From: Zygnema circumcarinatum SAG 698-1b
Lineage: Eukaryota; Plantae; Zygnematophyceae
NCBI GenBank assembly: GCA_037447605.1
Contig: CM074811.1
Span: 3,100,001-3,164,000, forward strand
Length of the DNA: 64,000 bases
Direction: 5' to 3'
Shown: positions 9,760 through 21,198 of the stretch, piece after piece
How the letters are laid out: every line of letters starts with the position of its first letter
Position numbering within the stretch: position 1 is the stretch's first letter
Made by a program: the position numbers and the translations under genes
The notes under the pieces: generated by a model
What the model saw: only the letters and a program-made list of their open reading frames with translations
Databases searched by the model: none
What the model was told of the DNA's origin: nothing

Positions 9760-11390
9760 GGACCAGTCAGCGTCGGTCAACTGAATTCGAGCCAGCTCGC
9801 TTAATTTACGGCCACGATTGCTCTGTCGGAATTTGAACGTACGGCTCCGATATTTCTTTGGGACGACACGTGTTAAAGTTGAGCTGTGACCAATCAGTGT
9901 CGGTCAACTGAATTCGCACCAGCTCGCTCGCTGGACGGCCACGATTGCTCCACCGGAATTTTCAACATACGGATCCGATTCTTGTGCGGACGACACGTGT
10001 AAACGATGAGCTGTGACCAATCAGCGTCGGTCAATTTCTTTCGCGCCAGGTCGCATACAGGGCGGTGGCCGGCGCCAGGGCTTGCGGGGGCCACGGGGCC
10101 ACTGGGCGCTTCGAGACAAGGCCGCCCGCCCGGTCTGCCAGCTGGCTGACGCACGGAATACGTACGATACAAGGGAGACATGCCACATCATAAGTCAACG
10201 GAGCGCACTGATTGGCGGCGCCGAAACGTCCTGGTGTGTATTTAGACGGCCCATAATGTATGGGCGGGGAAGAAGACAAAATATTTTTTGCGCACAGATT
10301 TCGATTTCACATACCGTGGTTAACAAAAATTCCTACAAATCAGTACTTTCCACGTCAGCATCAGTAAAACCAAGGAACAGCTGCTGCCACAAAAAATAAA
10401 AATGTTATATCCAACTTGACGTGATTTCGACCGCTCAATGTACCCAACCGCGATTCTCGACCGTGCGATGCGCGATCCGCCGGGAGAGATTTGCGGCGCC
10501 GCCAGGACGACCTAATGGTTGGACCGCGGACAGCCGGTTTTTTGTGACGTCATCATTTCCAGACTCCTAGGTCATCAGTTCTTCCCGTAGCGACTAGTTT
10601 TCGTCGTTGTGTGCACACCGTTCGGGCAGCAGAATTTGATCTGATCGATGTGTGCCCAACCCATCCAAGCGGCATGTTGTCATGTGCTGGCACATCGGCG
10701 GCGTGATTTGTCACTGCCGCCGCTTATTAAAGTTCGCCGCAGTGGTAAGTAATGGCGTGCCTAGATCTACGGGGCTTAGGAGAATCGGCCATGCGCATCG
10801 TGACGCAGGCCCACCCATATCCCCGTAGCTTAATTTTTCGTCGCGCACCGTCGCGGCTGTCAACGCCAACTGATGTAATGAACGCTGCGAATTCCTCGCC
10901 TAATCGACATTATAATATTACCAAGACCACATCGAAGAGGGTCGAGTCACGCGCTCAGACCGCTTAGCCGGTCAACTGAATTCACGCCAGCTCGCTCGCT
11001 GTACGGCCACGATTGCGCCACAGGAATTTTACGTACGAATCCGATTTTCCGTGCGGACAACACGTGTAAAACGATGAGCTGTGACCAATCAGCGTCGGTC
11101 AATTTCTATCGCGCCAGGTCGCATACAGGGCGGCGGCCTGCGCCCGGGCTTGCGGGGGCCGCGGGGGCCACTGGGCGCGTCGAGACAAGGCCGCCCGCCC
11201 GGTCTGCCAGCTGGCTGACGCACGGAATAGGTACAATAAAAGGGAGTCATGCCACGTCACAAGTCAACGGAGCACACTGCGAGTCGAGAGACTCGAGACT
11301 TGCGTTGTGCATCTAGCGGGCCTATAATGAGCGGAGAAACCAAAGAGAAAATATTATCCGGGCACATTTTTCGATTTCACATACCGTGTG
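9760..11390. repeat. 127-bp tandem unit (~2.3 copies, 9772-10040) plus a ~420-bp diverged direct duplication (9901-10318 vs 10969-11386); probable non-autonomous TE remnant
   Basis: GTCGGTCAA recurs at 9772, 9899 and 10026. The block ACGACACGTG...GAGCTGTGACCAATCAGCGTCGGTCAA...GCTGGCTGACGCACGGAATA is repeated about 1068 bp downstream. Confidence 0.75.
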
Positions 11391-11853
11391 AGAGAGTCAA
11401 CCATATCCTCATATCGACCTTGTAAAACCGCATAAGAAAATGGGAAGTGATAAATCCACCACTTTTTTGTGGAGACACACACCATTTTCCGGCGGGCAGG
11501 TTTTAAAATAGACAAAAAAGGTTTCCTCCAAATTAGGAGTCTGGGGAGTGACTCCCCATAATCAGGGCGAATTACTTGGGTAACGAAAATCCTCGAGTGG
11601 AAAATATTAGAGTATCTTACTGAACATCTTGTGGCAGGGCAGACGCACACTTCAGGGTTGCGACCTTTTTTTTGTAAGAAAAAATCTGTCCGACGGGAAA
11701 AAGTGTGTATCGATGCCAAAGAGATGTGAAAAAAGCATTTTCCGCATTTGTCCATTTCAAAAACTGCTCGGCGAAAAAAGGTCTGTATCTAGACAAAAAA
11801 GATGTGAATATAGCAGTCTCCAAAAAATAATCGCCATAGTGCTCCCGAGGAAA

Positions 11854-11890
11854 TAGGGCGTGTCAGACTTAACAAAATGTTACGAATATC
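11854..11890. mobile_element. Terminal inverted repeat of the MITE family seen intact at 48412-48572 (second end not identified)
   Basis: TAGGGCGTGTCAGACTTAACAAAATGTTACGAA matches the reverse complement of the MITE right end (TAGGGGGTGTCAGACTTAACAAAATCTTACGAA). Confidence 0.7.
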
Positions 11891-12056
11891 GAGTTTTTAG
11901 TATTACGAGAATCGAGGTTACTAAGTACTAAAAATCATCGCGCCCCCGAACCTAAACCGAACCGAACGGAAGTCAACTGTACTAAGTCAACGGGTCAACG
12001 TTGCGAAGATTGACCCGTGGGGTTTACTGAAATTGCATTTCTTCGCNNNNNNNNNN

Positions 12057-12714
12057 AGCATTTTTTTGGTTAAAAACAAAAAGGAAATGAATTTCATTTG
12101 CAACCACGATAGCAATGATGTATATGAACTTTACTTGTTGGTATAACAACACGGCTTTAAAAACTGGTGCAACCTCTTCGACTATTTCGACTATTTCCTT
12201 TTCCATCCATCATTAATTACTCCAAGTATCACTTTAGAATCCATCATAGTCTTGAAATTTCCTCACAAAAACTCTGTTCCAAATCATAACCTCTGAAATT
12301 CTAGGTGTAGTCACAAAAGAAAAACTGAAATAGGAACTAAAATTAGAAATGAAATGAAAAATGGTCTCACTCCCTTAGGAGTTTTAGGCTGAACAAGACA
12401 GCTATAGAAGTGATGCAAACTACTCAAAGAGACCCTCGAAGAGCGGTCAAATTATCAAACTGTTTGCAGTGAAGAATGCCTTCCAATGAAAAGTCTGTCA
12501 ACCTCTTTCGAAACTCGTCTTTCTCCCATCCAATTACTGAAAAATCAGACTCGACGGTAGCAGTGTTGGGAAATGATGAAGCAAAGTCTCCACAAAATTC
12601 TCGTCCGTACGTGCACGGTTTCGTCCGTACATTCCATATTTACGTGTGTTTACAAAACCAAGTTAGGGGACAGTCCCCTATCTTAAGCCGAAATCCCCTA
12701 TTTGAAGAGGCCTG
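12057..12714 (-). mobile_element. Non-autonomous hAT-like element, partial (left end lost in an N gap); identical copy at 13447-14104
   Basis: Reverse-complement homologue of 48932-49840; ends in the TIR CCCCTATTTGAAGAGGCCTG. Confidence 0.85.
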
Positions 12715-12720
12715 TCGATA

Positions 12721-12930
12721 ATGCCCGTATCGTCCGTACGGCATGTTGTACTTTGCTGGCACATCGGGCGGCGGAATTTCTCTTGCTCGATGATGCCCCG
12801 TATCGTCCGTACGGAATGTTGTGACATTGCTGGCACATCGGGCGGCTGAATTTCTCTTGCTCGACGATGCCCCGTATCGTCCGTATGGCATGTTGTCACG
12901 TTGCTGGCACATCGGGCGGCAGAATTTGTC
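12721..12930 (+). repeat. Three ~72-74-bp tandem units (ATGCCCCGTATCGTCCGTACGG...GCTGGCACATCGGGCGGC); copy at 14111-14320; related single unit near 10670
   Basis: Units start at 12721, 12793 and 12867. Confidence 0.85.
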
Positions 12931-14967
12931 ACCTGGGTCATGCAACGGGTCGCCAGTTGGCAGTATCGGCGCGGTCGCAAGACGACAGCGAAGAGAATCG
13001 GCTCCTACAGTAGGACAAAGGCCGCATGTGTCAACAACTCAGTGCATAGTGACTTTTTTCGTCGTTTTGCGCACGCCGTCTGCTGTCACCATCGAACTGG
13101 ATGTACAAAATTCGGCGGAATTCGTCCTGACAAGCCAAGGCTCACTTTTCGTCCATTGAATTTGTCGTTAGTGCCAAGATACAGCCACGTAGGACAGTTA
13201 TAACCGCCGTCAGGGCAATGTAAATCTTCGGGGCTTCCGAGTTACTACATGCGCTCAGTTTAAAATGGAACGGAACTGCGCCATGGAAAATGATTCACAT
13301 GGAAGGCGACCAACTGAACAGCAACAGCGCACGGAACTGAACTCCAAATATGGTACATATGAATGTCACGTCACGTCCCCGCCCTGCACTGACCGAAGTG
13401 TCCTAAGTGTACCCTCAAACCTAAAGCCCTCCTCCANNNNNNNNNNAGCATTTTTTTGGTTAAAAACAAAAAGGAAATGAATTTCATTTGCAACCACGAT
13501 AGCAATGATGTATATGAACTTTACTTGTTGGTATAACAACACGGCTTTAAAAACTGGTGCAACCTCTTCGACTATTTCGACTATTTCCTTTTCCATCCAT
13601 CATTAATTACTCCAAGTATCACTTTAGAATCCATCATAGTCTTGAAATTTCCTCACAAAAACTCTGTTCCAAATCATAACCTCTGAAATTCTAGGTGTAG
13701 TCACAAAAGAAAAACTGAAATAGGAACTAAAATTAGAAATGAAATGAAAAATGGTCTCACTCCCTTAGGAGTTTTAGGCTGAACAAGACAGCTATAGAAG
13801 TGATGCAAACTACTCAAAGAGACCCTCGAAGAGCGGTCAAATTATCAAACTGTTTGCAGTGAAGAATGCCTTCCAATGAAAAGTCTGTCAACCTCTTTCG
13901 AAACTCGTCTTTCTCCCATCCAATTACTGAAAAATCAGACTCGACGGTAGCAGTGTTGGGAAATGATGAAGCAAAGTCTCCACAAAATTCTCGTCCGTAC
14001 GTGCACGGTTTCGTCCGTACATTCCATATTTACGTGTGTTTACAAAACCAAGTTAGGGGACAGTCCCCTATCTTAAGCCGAAATCCCCTATTTGAAGAGG
14101 CCTGTCGATAATGCCCGTATCGTCCGTACGGCATGTTGTACTTTGCTGGCACATCGGGCGGCGGAATTTCTCTTGCTCGATGATGCCCCGTATCGTCCGT
14201 ACGGAATGTTGTGACATTGCTGGCACATCGGGCGGCTGAATTTCTCTTGCTCGACGATGCCCCGTATCGTCCGTATGGCATGTTGTCACGTTGCTGGCAC
14301 ATCGGGCGGCAGAATTTGTCACCTGGGTCATGCAACGGGTCGCCAGTTGGCAGTATCGGCGCGGTCGCAAGACGACAGCGAAGAGAATCGGCTCCTACAG
14401 TAGGACAAAGGCCGCATGTGTCAACAACTCAGTGCATAGTGACTTTTTTCGTCGTTTTGCGCACGCCGTCTGCTGTCACCATCGAACTGGATGTACAAAA
14501 TTCGGCGGAATTCGTCCTGACAAGCCAAGGCTCACTTTTCGTCCATTGAATTTGTCGTTAGTGCCAAGATACAGCCACGTAGGACAGTTATAACCGCCGT
14601 CAGGGCAATGTAAATCTTCGGGGCTTCCGAGTTACTACATGCGCTCAGTTTAAAATGGAACGGAACTGCGCCATGGAAAATGATTCACATGGAAGGCGAC
14701 CAACTGAACAGCAACAGCGCACGGAACTGAACTCCAAATATGGTACATATGAATGTCACGTCACGTCCCCGCCCTGCACTGACCGAAGTGTCCTAAGTGT
14801 ACCCTCAAACCTAAAGCCCTCCTCCAACCCCTCAAAGCCCTAAACCCTGCACCCTCCCGAGGACCAAAGTAACGACCCACAATGCATGGCGGACAGTCAC
14901 GCCAAAATGAATAACAAGATTTCGAAAGAAGAGGCCCAAAATTGAATTTTCTACAAATCTAAAAAAA

Positions 14968-17900
14968 TTACAGTCCTTGAAACGCCTCCGACTTCAGCTT
15001 CTCGATGACTTTCTCCGCGTCCAAAGTCAGCTTCTCCCTCGGCAAAGCCGCCGCCTTCCCGTTCTCTCCCACCCCCCACCTACCACTCCTCCCGCTCGTA
15101 CCCTTCCTCTCTCCCTCTCCCTCTCCCTCTCTTTGTCCCTCTCCCACTCTCTCTCCCCCGCCTCCCTCCCTCTCTCCCCCTCCCCCCGAACGGTTTCCAT
15201 GTCCGTTATCGTCCAGCAGGAGGTCTAGTTCTGTTGCCGCGGGCCATATCTCGTCCGGGTTCCGATGGGATCTGAGGTTGTGGAAGGAGCCGGGGGAGAT
15301 TAGGGGCACAGCCGCGGGGTCCGTGAGAGGGAAGCCTGTGCGGTTAAGGAAGCGCGTGAGGATGCCTCGGAGGAAGGGAGCGAGCGTGTGCGGCTCGTGC
15401 TCGTGGAAGTACATAAGGGCGCCCATGGACGCGCAGAAGAGGGCCACCTGCAAGGGGTAGGGGTAGGGTTAGGGTTAAGGGTAGGGTTAGGGTTAGGGTT
15501 AGGGTTGAGGTCAAGGATGAGGGTTAGGGTTAAAGCCTCTCCGCCCACCCTTTCTCTTCCTCTTTCTTTCTTTTTCTTTCCCTTCTTCTTTTCACCCCCT
15601 CCTTCACCCCTTCTCTCCCCTCTCTGGGCCCTCGTTCTCTTGCCCCTCTCTCTCTCCCGCCCCTCCCCACCCTCGCATTCTCCACCCACCTCGCCCCGCT
15701 CTACACCCGATTCCCCTTCCCCTCTCCCTTCTCTCCCCCGCCTTTCCCTTCCCCTCTCTCTCTCTGCCCCCCCTTCCTCTCCCCCCCTCTCTCCCTCTCC
15801 CTTCTCTCCCCCCCTTTCCCTTCCCCTCTCTCTCTCCCCCCCCCCTTCCTCTCCCTTCCTCTCCCTCCCTCCCCCCCTTCTCCCACCTCGGCGTGTCTGC
15901 AGGGCGGCAGCAGGTTGCGCGTGGTGAGGATGGTCCACAGCGCGTCGGCCGCCCTCGGCCCCACATAGAGCGCCAGTTCCGTGCGCCGCGCGGGCCGCTC
16001 CAGCAGCGCCGCGCCGCCCGCCAGGAGGCCCGCCGCCCAGTACACGCCCTTGTGGTCGCGCCGGGGGGAGGCCTTGCGGTGCAGGCAGATCGCCGCCTGG
16101 GAGAGGGAGGGAGGGAGGGANNNNNNNNNNAGAGTGAGGGGGAGGGAGGGGAGGGAGGGGAAGGAGGGGAGGGGGGGAGGGAGGGAGGGAGGGAGGAGAG
16201 GTTTTCAATAGGGTGAACGGAACTGAATGTAACAGAACGGAACAGAACGGAATGGGTCCAGCATGGACACCCTCTGGGAGGGGTGTGGCAGTACCTGGTA
16301 GATTCCAACGAACGCGGAGATGAAGGAGGTGGAGCGGAGGGCGCTTCTTATGGCCGTCCAGATGGTCAGCAGCGGCGCTTGCATGAACTGCGGCACATCA
16401 CCCCATGCCGCCATGCATGCATGCAGGCATGCATGTCAGTATGGGAAGACTTTTGAACACATGGAAACAAGCAAAGCGAGAAAACCTGATGTGAGCGTTC
16501 TTGCAGAAATGTTGCAATTTTTTTCTTACGTTGTCGGCCGTTTCCGATGGAAAACAGTAACCACAAGGGCAACTCAAAACACCCTCGAACTCTAAAACTC
16601 ACAAGGACTTCAGAACTCCCGAAACTCCTTAAACCCTAACGAAGTGCAAAACCAAATCAGAACCAAAACCAAAACCCTAATTTTGGCGGAGTCGCTGACC
16701 TTGTGAAGGTTGAGGACGACGTACGGAACGAGTGTGAGCGACATGTAGAGGGGGAAAGTCTTTTTGAAGGTCTCGGTCATGGCTCGACCATTCTGGCGGA
16801 GACACGTGGCACTTTGCGGATGCATGGCGGAGCAGGGAATGATGGGAGCATGTTCACCTAATTTTTCCGCCAATTTTTCCTTTCCGTAACTTTGCAAAAA
16901 GCCCGATAAATTTGCCACGTCAATTTTTTGCTCTCTGCAGCTTTCTCGAACTGCCTGCAGAGGAGGGCAAAACGAGGAAAGAGAAAAAGCAGAATCTAAT
17001 TGCATGAGCATGGGAAGGGTTCCATTTGAGTCATCCCTCAATATCCTCAACCCTAAACTCCAAACCATCAACCCTGAACCCTAAACCTTCAAAAGCCTAA
17101 ACCTCAACCCTCAACCCTAAAAGCTTAAAACCCGCCAACCCTAAAATGCCTCAACCACACCCTCAACCCAAACAAAGTTCACCCTAAACCCTAGTTCCGC
17201 CAACCTTGAAACGCTTATGCTCTCGACCTAAACGCCTAAACGCTCAACCCTCGACCTTCAACCCTTAAAAAAAGCTTGCACTCTGAACCCCAAACCCTAA
17301 ACTTTAAACCCTATACCAGAAACCCTGAACCCTAGACCCTAAACCCCCTAAATGCTACCCCCCTGGACCCTAAACCCTAAATCCTACACCCTACACAGGA
17401 CACCCTAGACCTGAACTCTAGACCCTAACCCCCTAGACCCCAACCCCTACACCCTACCCCCCTGGATCCTAGACCCTAGCCCTTGAACCCTAAACCCTAA
17501 CCCCCTTGTCCCCAACCCCTACATCCTACCCCCCTAAATCCTAGACCCTAGGCCTTGAACCCTAAATCCTGACCCCCTAGACCCCAACCCCTAAACCCTA
17601 CCCCCCTAGATCCTAGACCCTAGCCCTTGAACCCTAAACCCTAACTCCCTAGACCCCAACCCCTAAACCCTAAACCCTAAACCCCAACCCCTAATCCCTA
17701 CCCCCCTAGATCCTAGTCCCTAGCCCTTGAACCCTAAACCCTAACCCCCTAGACCCTAACCCCTAAACCCTACCCCCCTAAAGATCCTAGACCCTAGCCC
17801 TTGAACCCTAAACCCTAAACCCTAAACCCTAAACCCCAACCCCTAAACCCTACCTCCCTAGATCCTAGACCCCAACCCCTACACTCTACCCCCTAAATCC

Positions 17901-18752
17901 TAGACCCTAAGCCTTGAACCCTAAACCCTGACCCCCTAGACCCCAACCCCTACACCCTACCCCCCTGGATCCTAGACCCCAACCCCGTAACCCTAAACCC
18001 TAAACCCCTGGATCCTAGACCCTAGCCCTTGAACCCTAAACCCTAAACCCTAAACCCCCTACACCCTAGGCCCCCCCCCCCTCCATCGCCCCCGTGCCCA
18101 CCTGCAGCACGGGCCTGGGCATGGGCCCCGTCCGTACGATGAAGTCCAAGTACGATTCCGGCAGCGTCTCGGGGCGCATCACGTACGCGTACATGATTTG
18201 GGCCGAGGACAGCGCGAACAGGACGGTGGCTCCATGCCGCAACGGGCCGCGCCACAGTTTCAGTTTTCCGTGGGCCTCGGCGGAGTTGAACGCGCACTGA
18301 GGACATGGAACGGGCGCCATTGGGGAGGGGCCTTTGAGAGGGGGGCCTTTGGAGGTTTATTTAGGAAAGTTCAGAGGGGGGGTAGGGTTTAAGGTCGATG
18401 GCGGGAGTTGTGTTTGAGGGGAGAGGGAGAGAGGACGGTTAGGGGAGAGGCAGGAGCGGGAGAGGGGGGAGGAGGCGATGGAAGGGAGAGTGAAGGGAAG
18501 GGAGAAGGGAAGGGGGGGGCGGAGGGGGGAGGAGGGACAGGGGAAGGAGGGGCAGGAGGGAGGAAGGAGGAAGGAGGGAGAGGGGAAGCCGGAGAGAGAG
18601 AGGGGGAAGGAGAGGAAAAGCACACCTGCCCCAGTCTGGCAAGAATGTAAAGAGCAAGGGATCTACGTTTGCTTTCATTATCCAGAGATAAGATGGACAG
18701 CCCCGCCAGACTTCCTGCCACGATTCTGCAAAAGACAAATGGAGGTTAAAAT

Positions 18753-18797
<45 letters not shown>

Positions 18798-18927
18798 GGG
18801 GAAGGAAAGAGGAAGGGAGAACAAACCAAAATATGGCAATGCTCACGCCAAAGTTCAAACTGATCTATTTGCCATCAAGCACACACGCTCTCTCTCTCTC
18901 TCTCTCTCTCGCCCTCACACTCTCTCG

Positions 18928-18980
<53 letters not shown>

Positions 18981-19970
18981 TCTAGGGAGGGCCTCACGCG
19001 TTGGCGGGCGTCTCCCTCCCGCGGGCCCTCCTTAGGAGGCAGCGGGCCGCGTGGTAGGCCCCCGCGAAGGCCCCGAAGAGCAGCCCCACGCGGCAGGCCT
19101 CCTCGCGCACCACCAGGTTCTGCTCCGACAGCAGCAGCTGCAAGCAAGCAAACAAGGGGAGGGCGAGGGGCAGGGCGAGGGGTTTAAGGGCCAAGGGTCA
19201 AGGGTTCAAGGAAGAACCTAAACCACCCTAGTCCTATGCCCTAAAGCTTAGTTCTTAAACCTTAATCCCTAACCCCTAACCACAAAATCCTATACCTTGG
19301 TCTCTAAACCCTAACCCCTGAACCACAACCCCTAAACCCTGACGACTAAACCCAAACCCCTGAACCCTAACCCCGAAGCCCTGAACCCTAACCCCTAACC
19401 CTAATCCCTAGCCCCTGAACCCTAACCCCTAAAACCAAGCCCTAAAACCGAAATCATACACCCTGAGCCCTAACCTCTAATCCCTAAACCCTAATCCCTA
19501 AACCCTAATCCCTAAACCCTAAAGCCTACCCCCTACACCCTAATCCGCACCTGCAAGTCCAGCACGGAGTGCACGGGGCGGTTGCTCCGCAGCAGTTTGA
19601 AGGCGCGCAGGAGCACCCCCACGCCCACGCGCACGCCGTACGCGAGCAGGAAGCTCTGGCAGAGGCTGCCCAGAGCGTTGGCCACGCAGGAGTCGCCGTG
19701 GGGGCAGAGGGGGTGGCGGGCACGGAACAGCGCGCCATAGAACGAGGGCTGCTGACTGCTTCTATGCATCTCGTCGATGGCGGAACGGAGACGCTGTTCC
19801 GCAGCACGGAGTCGCTGTTCCGCCTCGGCCTTCTCCATGCGGGCACGTGCAGCGCGTTCTGTGGGACTGATGACGGGGAACGGAAGGATGGGGCGCATGG
19901 AAACGCGAGAGCCGGGGGAAGGGAGAGAGGCAGGGGGGCCGGAGGAAGGCATGGGGAAGGAGGAGGGCAT
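14968..19970 (-). CDS. TMEM135: TMEM135 / Tim17-Tim22-Tim23-PMP24 family membrane protein (At5g51150-like), about 9 exons; start codon uncertain
   Basis: Exons read CPHGDSCVANALGSLCQSFLLAYGVRVGVGVLLRAFKL; EQNLVVREEACRVGLLFGAF; LAGLSIL...RRSLALYILAR; LFALSSAQIMYAYVMRPETLPESY; IPCSAMHP...FKKTFPLYMSLTLVP; RSALRSTSFISAFVGIYQ; LLERPARRTELALYVGPRA; LFCASMGALMYFHEHEP. Confidence 0.9.
17060..18065. repeat. Intronic telomere-like minisatellite (CCCTAAA/CCCTAG/ACCCCT units in a ~60-bp higher-order repeat)
   Basis: Repeated GATCCTAGACCCTAGCCCTTGAACCCTAAACCCT...; similar tracts at 19210-19540, 22150-22780, 25360-25900, 32545-32760 and 46550-47290. Confidence 0.9.
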
Positions 19971-20461
19971 GGATGCTGAATTTGAAACCCTAAATTTGTT
20001 CGGGTTAGGGTTAAAAAAAAATGAAGGCTTAATGGGAGCAGAGGAGTAGAAGCGCTAAATATTTTGAAGAATTTAACTGCTTCAGGTCGTAATAAAGAGA
20101 GAAGGATTGGAAAAGTGAAGGTAAGAGGGAAACCCTAAGATGGGAGACCCTAAAACGGGAGGTCCTAAGCAAATGGGGGGGAGAGGCAGAAGGGAAATAA
20201 TATTTTCAATTAATTATATGGCTTCCATTTAAGGAGGAAGGAGAAAGTCAGGCGTGGATTTGACTTCGGTTTTTCTCAAAATTGGGCAAACCGACCCTCC
20301 CGCTTTCCTACATTTCTTCAATATTGCGACTCACGCTGATGAGCCCTACATGGTAGAATGCACAGAGTGTAAGAGAGAGAAAGAACGCGAAATGGAGAAT
20401 AAGGAGGAGAGGAGAGGAGAGGACAAGAAGCAGGAGATGGAGAAGAGAGAGAGAAGGGGGG

Positions 20462-20507
<46 letters not shown>

Positions 20508-20860
20508 CAGCTGGCCGCAGAGTTGGCTCCAACTGCCTGCCACGTGGCGTCCGGTAACCTTCAATGAACGATTAGGGTTAGTGCGGTTCAGGGGAAATAA
20601 TACGAAGGGGCGAGTCGGACGGTCAGGATTGACTACCTCGACGTCTGGGCTCATATCCATCGTCCGATCTGGATAGCGCCACATCTGCAGCTGTACTCGT
20701 ACAGGGCAGCCTTGGGCCCATCAGGGCACGGAAGGATTTTGGGATGATTATCGAAATTAGTACACTTGAATCTTTTTTTTTAATATTTGAGATGAAAAAC
20801 AAAGTACCCGTTTCGAAATGTACTTGTCTCTTGTTTTCGAGGTACATCCAATGGATACTC

Positions 20861-20886
20861 GCCACGTGTGACGTGGACACGTGGCC
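20861..20886. promoter_or_regulatory. Cluster of three ACGT-core (G-box/ABRE-like) motifs in the divergent TMEM135/MSI4 intergenic region
   Basis: GCCACGTGTGACGTGGACACGTGGCC; function is inferred, not shown. Confidence 0.35.
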
Positions 20887-21198
20887 CCGTCCTATTCGAT
20901 CATACTCAAAGTACAGTCCGCAGAGGAGGCAGAGCCCGCGGCCTCCAAATTAGTGTTTGATGATCGCCCGCAGATTAGGGCTAAGCGCGACTTCTGAACT
21001 CGAGCTTTCTCGGAGAGTGTGAGGACATCCGAGTAGGGAGATAATATAGTCTCTCCCTCTCCCTCTCCCTCTCCCGTGCTTGCGAAGTCCTCGACATAGA
21101 GGTTTTCACGATGTTTTAGGGTTTGTTTCAGAGACGTTCAAGTTCCATAGGATCCACCTGGTTCCTGGTTTTTTGGTTTTCAGTTTGCGGCGGTTGAA

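Larger units (their letters stand above)
12057..14826. repeat. Identical 1390-bp tandem duplication (12057-13436 = 13447-14826), probably an assembly artefact
   Basis: Identical ORF sets offset by exactly 1390 nt; both copies start right after a 10-N gap. Confidence 0.9.

Noticed and set aside
10495-10545. tRNA/SINE-like stretch (GCCAGGACGACCTAATGGTTGG...TTTTTT)
   Set aside because: Only a weak A-box-like match; no B-box and no cloverleaf.
12374-12392. 15-nt identity (AGGAGTTTTAGGCTG) between the hAT interior and the Copia LTR at ~50566
   Set aside because: A match this short is expected by chance in a 64-kb self-comparison, and there is no flanking similarity.
12721-12930. Regularly spaced repeats as a CRISPR-like array (also the 127-bp units at 9772-10040)
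   Set aside because: The whole unit is repeated with no unique spacers, the context is eukaryotic, and there are no cas genes.
12057-14826. 1390-bp perfect tandem duplication as a biological event
   Set aside because: The copies are identical and both begin at a 10-N gap, which is typical of contig-overlap scaffolding. A 33-bp overlap across the gap at 49614-49623 shows the same behaviour.
20254-20700. IDYLDV-like reading suggestive of a reverse transcriptase fragment
   Set aside because: No other RT motifs nearby; consistent with chance in the promoter/UTR region.
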